Assembly (NCBI RefSeq): GCF_009914755.1
Contig: NC_060925.1
DNA from: the human T2T-CHM13v2.0 reference genome, Homo sapiens
Strand: one strand, 5' to 3'
Length of the DNA stretch: 64,000 nucleotides
The notes beneath the pieces were generated by a model, which did not search any database, was not told where the DNA came from, and saw only the letters and a list, made by a program, of their open reading frames with translations. Shown here in pieces: positions 32,498 to 47,011 of the stretch. Positions within the stretch are counted from its first letter, which is position 1; each line of letters opens with the position of its first letter. Both the position numbers and the translations under genes were made by a program.

Positions 32498-33944
32498 TAT
32501 GATTAAAACAACTATTTTGAAATCATTAGCATTGATATGTTTGAATAAATCAAATTGAAACTAAATCCCATCTATAGCTATATAGTATAGGAAGAAGTAT
32601 TCCTTTCTACACATCAAAAAATAATCATTGATTGGCTTAAACCAATCCAAATACACTTATATTACTGTTGAAAAATTGTGGAATTAGAGACCATGCAAAG
32701 GACCAAAGGTTAAAATGCAGTAAATCAAATAAATGGCTATGTTTTTCTTTCTACACATATAAGGGGATCTTACAGTTTTACTGGCTAGTTTGATTTTGTT
32801 AAATATTAATAATATCTACTTTTACTCTCAAAGCATTACAATTTAAAAAATAAAATACGTGAATTCCCTTTTTAACTATACCAAATTATCATAAATCAAC
32901 AGTTGAAAGGTATAAATTCATACAGGCAAGGAAAATGGAGAGAAGAAAACAGATGACAAGTTTAGAAAGACGGAAAGTAAAAATAGCAAGTAAATTACTT
33001 AGCAGAACAGAAAATGCAAATATGTAAATGCCCTCAGACGGAAATATGAGTGAAAACTAGGTAAGTTTCCCTATAGGACACAAAAGCCCAAGGGATGTAA
33101 AGTACCAGGTACCAGGGAAACAGGAGGGAATTAGGGTTGACAAATGGAAAATTAGATTAGAATTTGGTATAACGTAAAGTTAGACCAACAAATTCCCTCC
33201 TCCCTTTCACTTGAGAAGTGACTATTTCTCCTCCTTACAAAATACAGGAGTGTTATTCTCTGGAAAACTTCAGAGCCTCTGGACCAGCACACCTGAAAAA
33301 CAGGAGGAAACGCCTAAGGTATCTGGCCAAAAATGTTGGGATTAAGAAAAATTATTGAACAGTTACACACCTCTTTCTATCTTACTTCTCTCGTCTTACT
33401 CCCTGTATAATGCATTGAGACTAGGTTTGAAGGATTCTTCTCTGAAGAAATTGAGAAAACTTAATATGGGGAACAAAGAAAACCGCTAAACATGCTATTA
33501 TTTATATGCTTATAGAAATAGGAGAAGAAATAATAGAATACAAGCAGTAATAATCAAGAACAAATGTTTTTGAAAATATATGTATAAATACATATACATA
33601 CATAAATTAAATATAATTATATGAATTAATGTATATGATTAACATGAGATTTGAAATATTAGTTGCAGACAATTAGAAAAGAGAATAAATTAAAGACAAT
33701 AATGAGAGAAAAAAGATAACTTTATAAAAGAAAAGAAATAATCCAAGAGTTAATAATAAGGTAATAGAGAACATTAAGAGAGCCTCCTTTAAGAAATAAT
33801 CCAAAAACAAAAATTTGTAACTGAATTTTATAAAAATTAAGAAGAAATAAAAAATGTTTACATTAAAAAATATAAATAGAAAGGAAAGAACACAAAAAGT
33901 CATTATGATGAAATATATAAGACCAGAAATAATAACAAATTACA

Positions 33945-34564
33945 TATTGAAGAGTTTGAGGGAAGTCTCCAGAACCACTCTCACTTCTGACACCAATTAC
34001 AAATCTGGGAGTCCGCAAGATGAGCCTTGGGTTTGCTTAATCTATGGATGTACTCATATAACTCACAGAATGCTGATATAGTAATGGTTAGTTTATAATG
34101 TGGAATGAATACAGATAAAAATTAGACAAGTGAAGCAGATACATGGACCAGAGTCCAAAGTGTTCACAAAGAGCCTTTGCCTCTCAGTGGAGTTGTGGAC
34201 AGTGCTAACTCCTTTAAGGCAACAATGTGGGAATATATCCATGAAGTATTGTTAACCAGGGAAGCTCACCCAACTTTTGGTATGCAGAACTTTTGTAGGG
34301 GTTTGGTTATGAAGAAATGGTTCAGGTCACCTGCCTGGCTGACATTAGTTTCCAACCCTTCTGGACGTCGAGTTAATATCGCATGAGGGTAAGATCTCAC
34401 TGAAAATCACAATGCTAGGATAGACCATCTGATGTGGCCCAAGTCCCCAGGCCTACAATGACATCTTGTCAGGCAGAACATTCCAAGGGCTTAGAGATTA
34501 CTTCCCAGAAGCTGATGGCAAAGGCCAGACCTCTCTTTGGTCAAAGTTAATTCTGTATTGTACA
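33945..34564. mobile_element. MER21-like LTR
   Basis: 'accactctcacttctgacaccaat', 'aaccagggaagctcacc', 'acattccaagggcttagagattacttccc...aaaggccagacctctctttgg'. Confidence 0.7.
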
Positions 34565-34904
34565 TATATCAACAGCTTTTTAAGAAAATAACAGGCCATA
34601 GAGAAAGAAGCAAAAATAAAAAAAGACATTTGAATATTAAATTCAGTACAACAATGTCTTCAAAATAAGAGAAAATAATTATTTTTTAGACAACAATTTC
34701 AGCATAATACCAACAATTTGTGAGGATAGATTGAAGATGTGTAGAGTTATAAAACTTCAAATATTTTTTATCACGCAGTTTTTTTTGGGAAGCTACTCAA
34801 AATTGTTACAAGAATAAAACAGATAATTAAATGAAGGAAGAGGAACAGTATAATTTCCAGGAATTAGGATATGGGACATGGGAGAGCATCAAAGATAAAT
34901 GCTA

Positions 34905-37519
34905 AGGAGGTAGAACAAGATGGCAGAATAGAAGGCTCCACTGACAGTCCCGCAACCCCCATGAGGACACCAATTTAACAACTACCAACACAGAAAAAAA
35001 AAAAAAAAACCTTCACAAGAACCAAAAATCAGGTGAGCACCATAGTATCTAGTGTTAACTTTGTATCACTGAAAAAGGCACGGAAAAGATGGAAAAAACA
35101 GTCTTGAATCACCTATGCCATCCTTCTCCCACCACCTGTCAGGGGCAATATGGTACAGAGAGAATCTCTGAGCAATGGATGAGAACAGAAACGATGTGAA
35201 GCAATGATGTCAGCACTGTCCTGACAGAGCCATCAGACCAAACTCAGCTGGCACTTACACACAGAGGAAGTGTTTAAACCAGCGCTAGCCAGAGGGTAAT
35301 TGCCAGTCCCAGCACTTGGAACTTGAGTTTCTGCAAAACTTATCGCCGAAGGTAATGGGTAATGGAGCCCTGGGTCTCTAAGAAAACATGAAAGGCAGCC
35401 TAGGTCATTAGGATCGCAACTCTTAGGTGAGTCCTAGTGCTAAACCGGGCCAGAGACAGTGGACTTGTGGGGCACATGACCTACTGAGAAACCAGCTGGG
35501 TGGCTAAGGGTGTACTTGCATCAACCCTCCCGTAACCTCAGGCTGCACAACTCCTGGATACAAAAAGAGACCACTTTATTCTGATTGAGAAGAAGAAAGG
35601 AAAGAGTGGGGAGGACTTTATCTGGCATCTTGATTATCAGCTCAGCCACAGCAGGATAGGGTACTAGTCAGAGCCATAAGGCCTCCATTCCAGGCCCTAT
35701 CTCCCAGATGACATTTCTAGATGTACCCTCTGCCAGAAGGGAACCAGCTTTCTAGAATGGAAGGACCTAGTCTGGAAACATTCATCACCTACTAACTGAG
35801 GAGACCTTGGTCCTTGAATAACTAGCAGTGATGCCCAAGTACTACATTGAGGGCCTTGGATAAGCCTCTGAAACTTGCTGGCATCGAGTGAGACTCAGCA
35901 CATTACTGGCTGTGCTGGCTATGGGGTGAAACTTCTGCTTGAGAAAAGAAGAGGGAAAAGTAAAGGGGCTTTGTCTTTCACTTTAGGTACCAGGACATCT
36001 ACAGGGGGGTAGAACACCAAGTGGGCTCTTGGGGTCCCTGATTCCAGGACTTGACACTTGGATATCTTCTCTGGACCAGCACTGGGCCAGAAGAAAGCCT
36101 GCTTCCCTGGATGGTGAGTCCTGGCCAGGCAGTATTCATCACAAGCTGACTTAAGAGCCCTTGGACACTAAGAGAACAGTAGTGGTACTCTGGCAGTACT
36201 CCTCATGGCCTGTATGGTGGTTGCTATGGGGTGAGGCTCCTCTGCCTTTGTAAAGGGTAGGAGAGAGTGGGAAAGACTGCATCTTGCGGTTTGAGTGCCA
36301 GCTCAGTCACACTACAATAGAACACCAGGTAGACAGACTTACAAGATCTTGACCCTAGTCTCTGACTCCTAGAAAGCATCTCTGGACCCACTTAGGGGTT
36401 AGGGAAAGTCACTGCCCTGCAGGGAAGGACACAGGACTGGCTAGCTTTGCTACCTTCTGATAAATGACCAGGGACCAATCCTGTAGAAACAGAAACATGT
36501 GACTTTTCAAACAGAGAATTCAAAATAGCTGTGTTAAGGAAACTCAAAGAAATTCAAGGTAACACATAAAAGGAATTCAGAATTCTATCAGATAAATTTA
36601 ACAAAAAGACTAATATCATTAAAAAGCATCAAGCAGAAATTCTGGAGATAAAAAATACAATTGGCATGCTGAAGAATACATCAGCATGTTTTAATAACAG
36701 AACTGACCAATCAGAAGAAATAATTAGAGAGCTTGAAGACAGGCTATTTGAAAATACAAAGTCAGAGAAGAGAAAAGAAAAAAAGAATAAGAAACTAAAG
36801 AAAGCCTATAGGATCTAGGCTCTACCCTCGAAAGGACAAATCTAAGAATTATTGACCTTAAAAAGGAGGTAAAGAAAAAGATATAAAAAGTTTATTCAAA
36901 GGGAAAATAACAGAAAACTTCCCAAACCTAGAGAAAGATATCAATATTAAAGTACAAGATAGTTATAGATCACCAAGCATATTTAACCAGAAGAATACTA
37001 CATCAAGGCATCTAAAAATTAAACTCTCAAAGATCAAGGATTAAAAAAAAGGATCCTAGAAGCAGTAAGAGGGGAAAAAAAAAGAAAAACTAATAACACA
37101 ATGGAGCTCCAATATCTCTGGGAGCAGACTTTTCAGTGGAAACCATACAGACCAGAAGATATTGCCATGACATATTTAAAGTGCTGAAAAACAAAACAAA
37201 ATGAAACAAAGGAACACTTTTACCCTTGAATAGTATATCCAGCAATAATAATCTTCAAACATAAAAGAGAAATGAAAACTTTCCCAGACAAAAAACAAAC
37301 AAACAAACAAACAAAAAATACTGAGGGACTTCATCAACACCAGACTTACCTTACAAGATATTCTAAAGGGAGTACTTCAATCATAAAGAATATAATATTA
37401 ATGAATAAAAAGCAATCACATGAGGGTACAAAACTCATTGCATGCCTGTATCAAAATATCTCATATACTTTATAAACATATAGACCTACTATGTACCCAC
37501 AAAAATTAAAAATTTTTAA
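34905..37519 (+). mobile_element. L1MA1-3-like element: 5'UTR + degenerate ORF1 joined to the terminal ~80 bp of the 3'UTR (no ORF2)
   Basis: 5' start 'ggaggtagaacaagatggcagaatagaaggctcc'; ORF1 motifs 'gaaaacttcccaaacctagagaaagatatc', 'gcagacttttcagtggaaacc'; 3' end 'catgcctgtatcaaaa...ctactatgtacccacaaaaattaaaa'; TSD aaagataaat at 34891-34900 and 37520-37529. Confidence 0.85.
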
Positions 37520-39044
37520 AAAGATAAATATCAGTATATTGTCAGTGTGTCTTAGTAATTTATGTAGATGACACTTATAGGATAAATTGCTTTGTAATTT
37601 TTTTCAGGAATATAAATAATAAAGCTAGGCAAGGCTGAAGACATACTTAAATGTTTTGTAAGACAATCTGTAAGCATCCACAAACTTGTTAAAGAATCTC
37701 TAAATAACAATAAAAGGTATCATTTTAATGCCTTTATTAAAAGTGCATCGGCATTAAAGAAAGCACTAAAGTCCAAAAGCATTAAAGAAAATAAGCTTTC
37801 CAAACATTGATGCTTACAAAAACTATTTATTTATTTATCTATCACTTGTGTTAGAAAATGAAAATAAATGCGGAAGGGATTTTGCTTTTAGGCGAGTGGA
37901 AGTAGCTTACAGGAGGCCAATGAACCTACTGAGAAAACTAAAAAAAATAAGGAAATATAGAAATTATCTCTTCAAAGGCATTGGAGAGATTATATGACAT
38001 AAAAAATAGATGGGCCATGAATCTGAAGAGGGAAGAGCCATGCAGAGGTGAACTGACAGTAGACAATTTCCCCTGGGAAACTTTTTTCTCTAGGTACAAA
38101 ACAGGAGAATGAGAACCCAGGTATCTTCAATGCAGAATTTACCAAAACAAAGGTTATTCCCAGAATTACAAAGAAAACAGCAAAGGCTTTAATAGTCTCC
38201 AGCAGAGTTTGGACATACAAAACTGTAAACTTGGGAGAATTAAAACCTATGTGTTTTTTTTTCTATTGGTATGTTTTCTAATTTTGATGTTAAATAGAGT
38301 AGATGCCTAACACGGAGCAGAAAACATCTTAAAGCAGAATGGAGTTCCCAGTTGGCTTGTGGTGCTAAAACGATAAAAATTGATGTTAAAGTCCTCACAG
38401 GGGAAGGACTTTGGGTGACCACTGAGACCATAATTCTTTCTAAAGCCATGGAGAGCCAAATCTTGGGAGCAGAATCTTCTAAAAGGTAGAATGGGTTTAC
38501 TACTATTCTGAGCTTGACTCAGCTCAGACCATGTTTAAATTAAAGTAATTCACTCCTGTGTCTCTCTCTGCTTAGTAGAAAAATGATTAACTCTGTCTAG
38601 GAAATAATAAAATCATCTGGAGCCTATGCAATGGGAATAATATTTCATGTTTTAAAAGAGATTAGTCCACATTCCAAGATACTGGACTATATGATATAAA
38701 ATCCAAGAAAAGAGTAAATATAAAAAGATTATAAACAACCCAGATATGAGATTTATCCAACAATAACTTTTAAATAATTGTGACTAATGTGTTCAAAAAA
38801 CAGAAAAAGAGATACATAAAATAAGCCAATAATAAATAATTATGGCAATTTAGCTTTTGTTTCAGGCTGCTTGGTTATCAGAGGTTGTTGACAAAATTCA
38901 TGTCCTTGCAGTTGCTGGACTGAGGGCTTCTGCTTTGCTTTTTCTCAAGTCATCATAAGGTCCTAGAGGCTGCTTTCTGTTCTTACCACATGAACACTTA
39001 AAGATGGAAAATTTATTACATCTCACCTCTTTAAAGCCAACAAA

Positions 39045-39200
39045 AAACCAACTCCTGGATTCATCGATCTTTTGAGTGGTTTGTTATGTCTTGATTTCCT
39101 TCAATTCAGCTCTTTTTTTGGTTATTTCTTGTCTCCTACTAGCTTTGGGACTTGTTTGCTCTTGGTTCTCTAGTTCTTTTAGTTGTGATTTTAGGTTGTT
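39045..39200 (-). mobile_element. Isolated internal L1 ORF2 fragment
   Basis: 'aaaaaccaactcctggattca...ttgctcttggttctctagttcttttagttgtgat' is homologous to 56755-56910. Confidence 0.85.
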
Positions 39201-39691
39201 AAATAAATTAAATGAGTTCTACAAAGGAATGAAGGAGTGTTTCAAAACAAAATTTTGATAAATTTATTTTAAAGGTCAAATTGACATTTGTTTTTGATTT
39301 ATGAATTGGTCAGCATCCCATTTATAAAAGTTTTGGGGGCCATGGTAGTGCAGTAGAGTTTTTAAGGTTGTTTGAGCAGAAACAAGAAAACAGCATAATG
39401 CAAAAAGACAGATTGGTTAATATCAGCTTACTTCAGGTCACTCTCTTTATAAAGGTTATAACAGGGGGGACTTTCTTATGATACTAGCTCAGGTTTACTG
39501 GGCCCTGTTTGGTTGCTGTGAAGCTTCTGGTTTTTGAAAAAACTGGCATGTTTTGGGGTTTTTTCTGTAATTTTAAATTACAGTTTGATTACATGGCACT
39601 TAACATGTATGACTCAATTTTGGTTTGGTCTGTTATGCCTAATGCAGAAGCTCAGTCCAAAACAATGGCCTCTTATAAATTTTAGATCACA
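39197..39691 (-). mobile_element. MER31-like ERV1 LTR
   Basis: End 'tttggtttggtctg...gcagaagctcagtccaaaacaatggcctcttataaatttt'. Confidence 0.6.
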
Positions 39692-41906
39692 GAAGAGAAT
39701 GGGAGTTGCCAGGAAGATAGATTACACATACAGAAATGTGATACTGAGAGTGACAACCCATCACCTTTGCCATATGCCATATTCTAGTTAAGAGCAAGAC
39801 ACTGGTTTAGCCATCACACAAGGGGGGATTACACACACATCAGGAGACAAAAATTAGACTTTAGAGTCTATCTTCCACACATAGAAGTAATGTAATTATA
39901 CATAATGTACCTTTAATAATGTCTTTTTGTAAAAAATAACACTATCATATAAATACACACACACACACATACACACGCAAACCTTATGGGTGATCTATCT
40001 TTCTTTTTTACAACATAAAAAGGTGGCATACATAAATAGTACATTGTATGAGAAAGACAGACTTGATGGGTTATCAAAAGTCAGCAAAGGCAGCAATAAT
40101 AATTTCTGCAAAACTCTTGATAATTTACTCTGCTCCAACAAACTTTTCAGCATATTTCTATTCAATAACAAGAAATACTTACACTGATGCTTCACTCATT
40201 GCTTTATGTGAATTTCTATGTTATGACCCTTGACGTGAAAGAAATACTTCACAACTTAAAACTACAATGTAGAAACACAAGAGCCTGCTTGATTTTTCTA
40301 CTTGTTGCTCACTCTAAATCAGGAATTTAGAAAATTTTAAAGAAATCTTGTTCACTGAACCAAATGTTCACTTTCACATCAAGAAAAGTGAGAGTTTCTT
40401 ATGAGTTAGCGTATTTATTCATGTACAATGTTCTCAGATGCCAGTTTTAAATAGATGTCTTGCCATGTAACATAGTATTTTTGAATAAGTACTTTAGAGT
40501 GTACTTAAGCAAATTCCACTGAAGGAAGCTCATCATTTAGTTATTTATTTTATCTAAGCTCAACTACTTCACAAAGAAGCCCTGACATGAAATAAACAGT
40601 GTTCTAATTGTTAAAATATATATACACATTTGTCCTTCAAAAACTCAATATTACTTTCTGGCTTTCTTACTCTCATTACTCTATTTAGAAAAATTTGACA
40701 ATGTTGATATTAATCTCACAAACTTTCTATTCGTTTAAGATCATGGATCACCAGCTTTACTTGTTTTATTTTACAAATGTATTTGCAGCTTCAAACAAGC
40801 AGAAACATCCTTGAACATTCTATTGCTTCTAACCCTAAACTATAATTCTAGCAAAAGTTCTAATTGTAGTAAAGTAAGAGTAAATAATGAACGCTTGAAG
40901 GTATTAAGTTTGTGGTCATTTTTCTTGTTTTATCAAGTAGCAAAGCTTTGGTTATGACCTGCATTTAATAGAGATTTATTCTGGATTTCTTAGAGTCAAA
41001 GCTAGAAGAAAGCGCCTATAGCTCAGGATAAAGAAAATCAACATTTGACCTAATATATTGATATTTTGAGTCTACAAAATCAGTCTTGTTTTGAAAGAGA
41101 ATAACTCTGTTTTCTAGAAAACTAACCAAATAGGAATAAAAATAAATAAATATTTTTTCTACTTGATAAGATAATTATGGCAAAGTTTATTCATGCAATG
41201 AATAAACATTTCTACTTTAAAACCTATGCATTTTGCAATTCTGAGTTGTATATTGTTCTTCGAAGATTTGAGAAAATTTTTAGGGGGCTAAGAAACCTAA
41301 GTATGATGATTTCTTTGTGGAGTGAGATTGGGAGGTCCCAAGATTCTATTACAAGGTTGAACAGTAGGTAAATTACCTTTCTGCTGTACATTGTTACTGC
41401 ATACGTTTGTGTTTATAGAAATACCTGTTTCTATTATTCATCTTTCCACTTTTGCTTGTGTATCTGACTCTTGAAATATATCATTGTGTCTGCTTTATTA
41501 CTTTCAGAAGCAACACAAATAGTCATTCATCAAATACCATTTAGCAAGTGATATGCTTTTGTGCTGTGCTTAACCTGAATTGACTTTAAAGGTTAATTTT
41601 TAATTCCAGTCAGAATAGACGGCATAGACTTATTCCTCTTTGATTCTCTTCACTAGACACAACTATAAACCTCAGAAATAACTCAAGAGAAAACTAATAA
41701 AGAATGCTGAAATGCTATAAAAGCACTTCAGCGATAGATCTGGAAGACTGGGAAAGACAAGATGCCTAGAGCTTACCAGGCAGAACCACAGAGAGAAGAG
41801 TATTTTACATTCAGAGGACTCAGTTTAGTACTAACTATCACATGCTACTGATCCGTTGAGTACTAATCAGGGGGAAATAGTTAAAATACTTTGAAAGTGC
41901 TGCTTA

Positions 41907-42914
41907 TCTCAACAGAGTAAACAGACAGCTTACAGAATGAGAGAAAATACTTACAAACTATGCATCCAACAAAGGTCTAATATCCAGAATCTATAAGAAA
42001 CTTTACAAAATCATCAGAAAACCCCAAAAAATCCTATTAATAAGTAGGCAAAATATATAAACAGATGCTCCTCAAATAAGACATACAAGCATCCAACAAA
42101 CATATGAAAAATGTTCCATATTGATATTATCAGAGATATATAAATCAAAACACAATGAGATATTTCCTATCAGCCAAAATGGCAATTATTAAAATGTCAA
42201 TAAACTATGTATGCTTGTAAAGCTGTGGAAAAAAAGGAACACTTATATACAGTGGTGGGAATGTAAATTTGTTTTCATTGTGGAAAGCAGTTTGGAGATT
42301 CCTCAAATAAGTTAGAACTACCATTCCACCCAGCATCCCATTACTGGGTATATATCCAAAGGAAAGCAAATCATTCTACCAAAAAGATACATGCACTTGC
42401 ATATTAATTGCAGCACTATTCACAATAGCAAAGACATGGAATCAACTAGGTGCCCATCAACAGGGGATTGGAGAAAGAAAATGTGATACATATATACCAA
42501 TGAATACTACGCAGCCATATAAAAGAATAAAATGATGTCCCTTGCAACAACATGGAAGCAGCTGGAGGCCATTATCCTAAGATAATTAACACAGGAATAG
42601 AAAACCAAATACCACATGTTCTAACTTATAAGTGGGAGCTGAACATCGGATAGTCATGGACATAAAGATATCAACAATAGAAACTGGAGACTACTAGAGG
42701 GGGATGAGAAGGAGAGGTCAGGGGTTCAAAACTAACCATTGGGTACTATACTCAGTACCTGGGTGATAGGATTATTTGTACCCCAAAATTCAGCATCACA
42801 CAATATATCCAGATAACAAACTTGCATATGTAACCCCTGAGTCTAAAATAAAAGTTGAAAATAAGAAAGAAAGAAAGGAAGAAGAAAGGAAGGAAGGAAG
42901 GAAGGAAATAAGGA
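41907..42914 (+). mobile_element. L1PB-like 3' end with (GGAA)n tail
   Basis: 'gactactagaggggg...ttgggtactatactcagtacctgggtgat...tctaaaataaaagttgaaa' followed by gaaa/ggaa repeats. Confidence 0.85.
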
Positions 42915-43245
42915 ATGCTGTTTAGTTGTAAGGGAAAAAAACCCTAGAGTAAATACAATTCAATTTTGCTTAACAAAAGAAAGAAATAAACAAATTAAAC
43001 TTTTTTCCAAATAACCATATCTCAGAACAAATGTAAAAAACCTAAAAATATCCAGCATTCTGGTGGTAAAATTCACGATGTCTAGTAGTCAATCAAAAAC
43101 TAACTAGGCATGAAAATAAGTGGAAAAATGCAACCTATAATGATGGGGAAAGGAATAATAATTCAATCAAAACTTACCCAGAAATTGGGTAGATGATAAC
43201 AAGGATATTAATTAAAACTATGATTATAACTGTGTCTTATAACTA

Positions 43246-43446
43246 TGACTGCTTAGGCCATCATAATAAAATTCCATAGACTGGGTGGCTTAAATAGCAA
43301 AAAAATATTTTCTCACAGTTCTTGAAGCTGGTACTCCAATAACAGGGTGACAGCACACTTGGTGTGTCTGGTGTTCTGGTGAAGACTCTCTTTCTGGGTT
43401 GCAGACGGCTGCCTTCTTGCTATGTCCTCATATGTCATTTCCTCAT

Positions 43447-43480
<34 letters not shown>

Positions 43481-43670
43481 TTTGTAGAAAGAGCTCTCGT
43501 CTTTTTTCCTCCTCCTAAAAGGACAAAAATCCTGTGAAATCATGACTGTGTCCTTGAAACCTTATTTAATCTTAATTACTTCCAAAATAACTCTATCTTC
43601 AAATATAGTCACATTAGGGGTTAGGCCTATAAAATATGCATTTTGGAGTGACACATTTCAGTTCTTAGCT
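43246..43670 (-). mobile_element. MLT1A-like MaLR LTR containing (TG)n
   Basis: 'ccatagactgggtggcttaaa...tctcacagttct...aaatatagtcacattaggggttagg'. Confidence 0.8.
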
Positions 43671-43949
43671 GATTATCTTTCAAATATCCAAGAAGCTATA
43701 ATAAAGAGTTAACCTGTTACATTAAGACATGAAAGATATCAAAAAAGAACCTAAATTAAACTTTAAGAGAGAAAAACACATAATGCCTAAGATGAAAAAT
43801 ATACCAGACAGGACTGACATCAGATTAGGTATTGCGGAAGGAAAACTTAGCAACTTCAAGACATCAGAATAGAAATTGTAAAATGAAACACAGAAAGAAA
43901 ATGATAGAAAAAAATAAACAGGGTATCAATGGACTGTTAATAGTAACCA

Positions 43950-44245
43950 AATACACACACACGTACATGTGTGTGTATATATATATCATACATAAGATAT
44001 ATTATATATGTGTATATATATGTGTGTATATACGTATATATACACACACATACATATTATATATCATATATACACACTTTATATATCATCTATTATATAC
44101 ACACACATATGTGTGTATATATACACATATATATTGTGTGTGTATATACATATGCACACATGTACATATATATCATGTGTGTGCATATATCATGTGTGTT
44201 TGTGTATATATATATATACACACACAGACACACACACAAACATAT
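43950..44245. repeat. Mixed (TA)/(CA)/(TG) low-complexity array inside an old L1M ORF1 region
   Basis: Alternating purine-pyrimidine tract. Confidence 0.9.
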
Positions 44246-44712
44246 AGTCCATGAAAGTACAGGGAGGTACAAAAACATTTGAAGAAATATGCTGAAAGTT
44301 TTCACCATTTGATAAAAATTACAGATTCACAGACCTAAGAAGGTCAATTAAATTGAAATACAAAAAAACATAAGGGAAACTACAATAAGGCACATTCTAC
44401 TTAAACTGCTCAAAGCTAATGATTTAAAAAGAAAATATATAGATGAGACAGATAAAATGTAAATTAATTACAGGTAAATAGAGATAAGGATAACAGCAGA
44501 TTTCTCATAGAAAACAATGTCATCTAACAGAGAGTAGAACAAAATCTTTAAGGCACTGTGAGAAGAAAAAGTGGAATAAAAAAAGTTTTCAGATGCGCAG
44601 GCTTACAGAGTTCATGACCATCAGACCTACAGTATAAGAAATGTTAACTAAAACTTTTCAATAAGAAGAAAATTATACCAGATCAAACTGAGAGAGAAGA
44701 AAATAAAAAACT

Positions 44713-45347
44713 TGTCAGGTAGGTGGTTAGGGTAGGTCCTTGGCAAAATTCCTCCAAACAAAGAACAGGCTGAAAATCAAAATGCAGGCCCCAAATAAGA
44801 AAGAGCCCATGTCCTTGAATGGAAACACTTAGTATTTGAACCCAGATGAACAAATTCCACCCTTTCTTGGATACATTTATCTCTCCTTGGCACACCTTAA
44901 TCTTTTACCTTTCACCTACTGATCTTTTACTTTTCAAATTTTAACATATGCGTATCTTTCTATAATCGGTGCTGGCTAAGGCTTCATTTACATACGGTGA
45001 ATTATTACTTCAGCCCCTGATTGGTCCTGGGCCAAGTTCCCAGGCCTAGCATTCACCTCGGCCTCCAATTGGTTCTTCACATTCTCATACCTCTTTCTTA
45101 GTGGTGGTTTGTCCAAAATGGCCTGCAGACCAGTCAGCACATTCCTCCTTTTTTCAGTCCATAAAAACCCCTGATTCAGCCTCATAGTTGACACCCTTCT
45201 TTTGGGCCCCCTTTCCGCTGTGGAGAGATTTCCTCTTTTGCTTATTAAACTTTTGCTCCAAACTCACCCTTGGTGTCATTCTCCTTATTTTCCTTGATCG
45301 TGAGACAATGAACTCTAGATAATACTTCAGACAATGAGGCTGCTTCA
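44713..45347 (+). mobile_element. ERVL-class solo LTR (LTR18/LTR47-like; family uncertain)
   Basis: TG...CA termini, 5-bp TSD aaact, two reverse-CCAAT 'attgg', TATA-like 'cataaaaa', polyA signal 'attaaa', end 'cagacaatgaggctgcttca'. Confidence 0.8.
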
Positions 45348-46102
45348 AAACTGTGTTTACACGAACTAATAAAGAGGACTGAAAATGTCTAATGACTTGG
45401 TTATATATGAGAGTATGATTTTTTTTTAAATAGTGGCATCTCTTCAATATGATTTTAAAGCAAAAATAAATAGGGTGATGTATATGTTCATTATCTTGAC
45501 AATGGTGATGGTTTCACAGGTTTATACATAACTCTAAATTTATCAAATTATACAATTTAATAATGTGTCATGTACTCTATGTTAATTGTTGATCAATAAA
45601 TTTATTTAAAATGGCAAAACTATATTTTCAACAAATGAATAGATATTATTTCCTTTATCATTAAATGTTTAAAAATTATAGCATAACATATTAATTACTT
45701 ATAGTATGGCTCTAGTTATTGCTAACAAAAAGCTGTTAATTGACATTTTTAAGTTTAAGTGATTTGTTTAGAAGAAAATATATGACATAAATATTTTAAA
45801 TTCACTTTTAGCAAGTGAATTAAATCTTCAGAATAAAATACCATCAACACAGAACAGATGAGTTCTATTACTTTCTTTGGTACTAATACAAAACAAATAT
45901 GATTTTTCTCAAGCAATGCTATTTAATTAAGTTCTGTAACCATAGTTCCCTTTTGTTATTAAATTCATTCCTTTGCTCATTAGTTCTGAACTTCATTTTT
46001 TTAAATGATTTTAATAAAGAAGTCAGTACATCTTAAAATTACATAGAATTCTCTGTAAGATTAACATTTCTAACCTAATCATACTTTAAAAACTTACATT
46101 TA

Positions 46103-46444
<342 letters not shown>

Positions 46445-47011
46445 CTATAAATTAATCAACCAGCCATTAAATATATTGAAGATAAGCTATGCTGTTTGAA
46501 ATATTACTGGGACTAATATTTGATGGATATAAAATATCAGTGCTATAATATAAATAATATTTAGGAAATGCTCACAATTTACAACATTTATGCACTTGGA
46601 TTTCTAAAGATAAAATTTCATTAAAATTCCGAATTTTTGAAATAGATATGTAAATATGTAACTAAAGTCACTATACTTTAATTTAAAATGTATTTTTTGT
46701 AAATAAACTCTACCTCAATAAAGACCAAAAAGCTTTAGAAACAAAGTACTAGATCAAACTATACTAAAGACTTTTGAGAAGTTCAATAAACTAACAAAAT
46801 ATAAAAAAAGCTAAGACAAAAAAGAGGTAAAAATAAAACAAAACATTAAATAATACATTATAAATGAGAAAGACCATAGTCTTACTCATAATTTATATAT
46901 ATATAATTATATATAAAATAATTAAAAATACATTTTCAGTATTTTACTTTTAATTATTTTAATTAAAAATGTACAATAATATATTTCTAATTAAAATAAT
47001 GTATACATATA

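Larger units (their letters stand above)
38845..39880 (-). mobile_element. MLT1-type LTR (38845-39035 and 39690-39880) interrupted by an L1 fragment and an ERV1 LTR
   Basis: 'gttgttgacaaaattcatgtccttgcagttg' ... 'catcacctttgccat...attctagttaagagcaag...ctatcttccaca'. Confidence 0.6.

Noticed and set aside
40182-40313. Candidate - strand exon ending in a strong GTAAGT donor
   Set aside because: The long frame I translated hits a stop, no recognisable product, and isolated splice motifs are expected by chance
43832-44308. Four overlapping ORFs rich in Y/I/H/T/C/V
   Set aside because: Translation artefacts of a TA/CA/TG low-complexity tract
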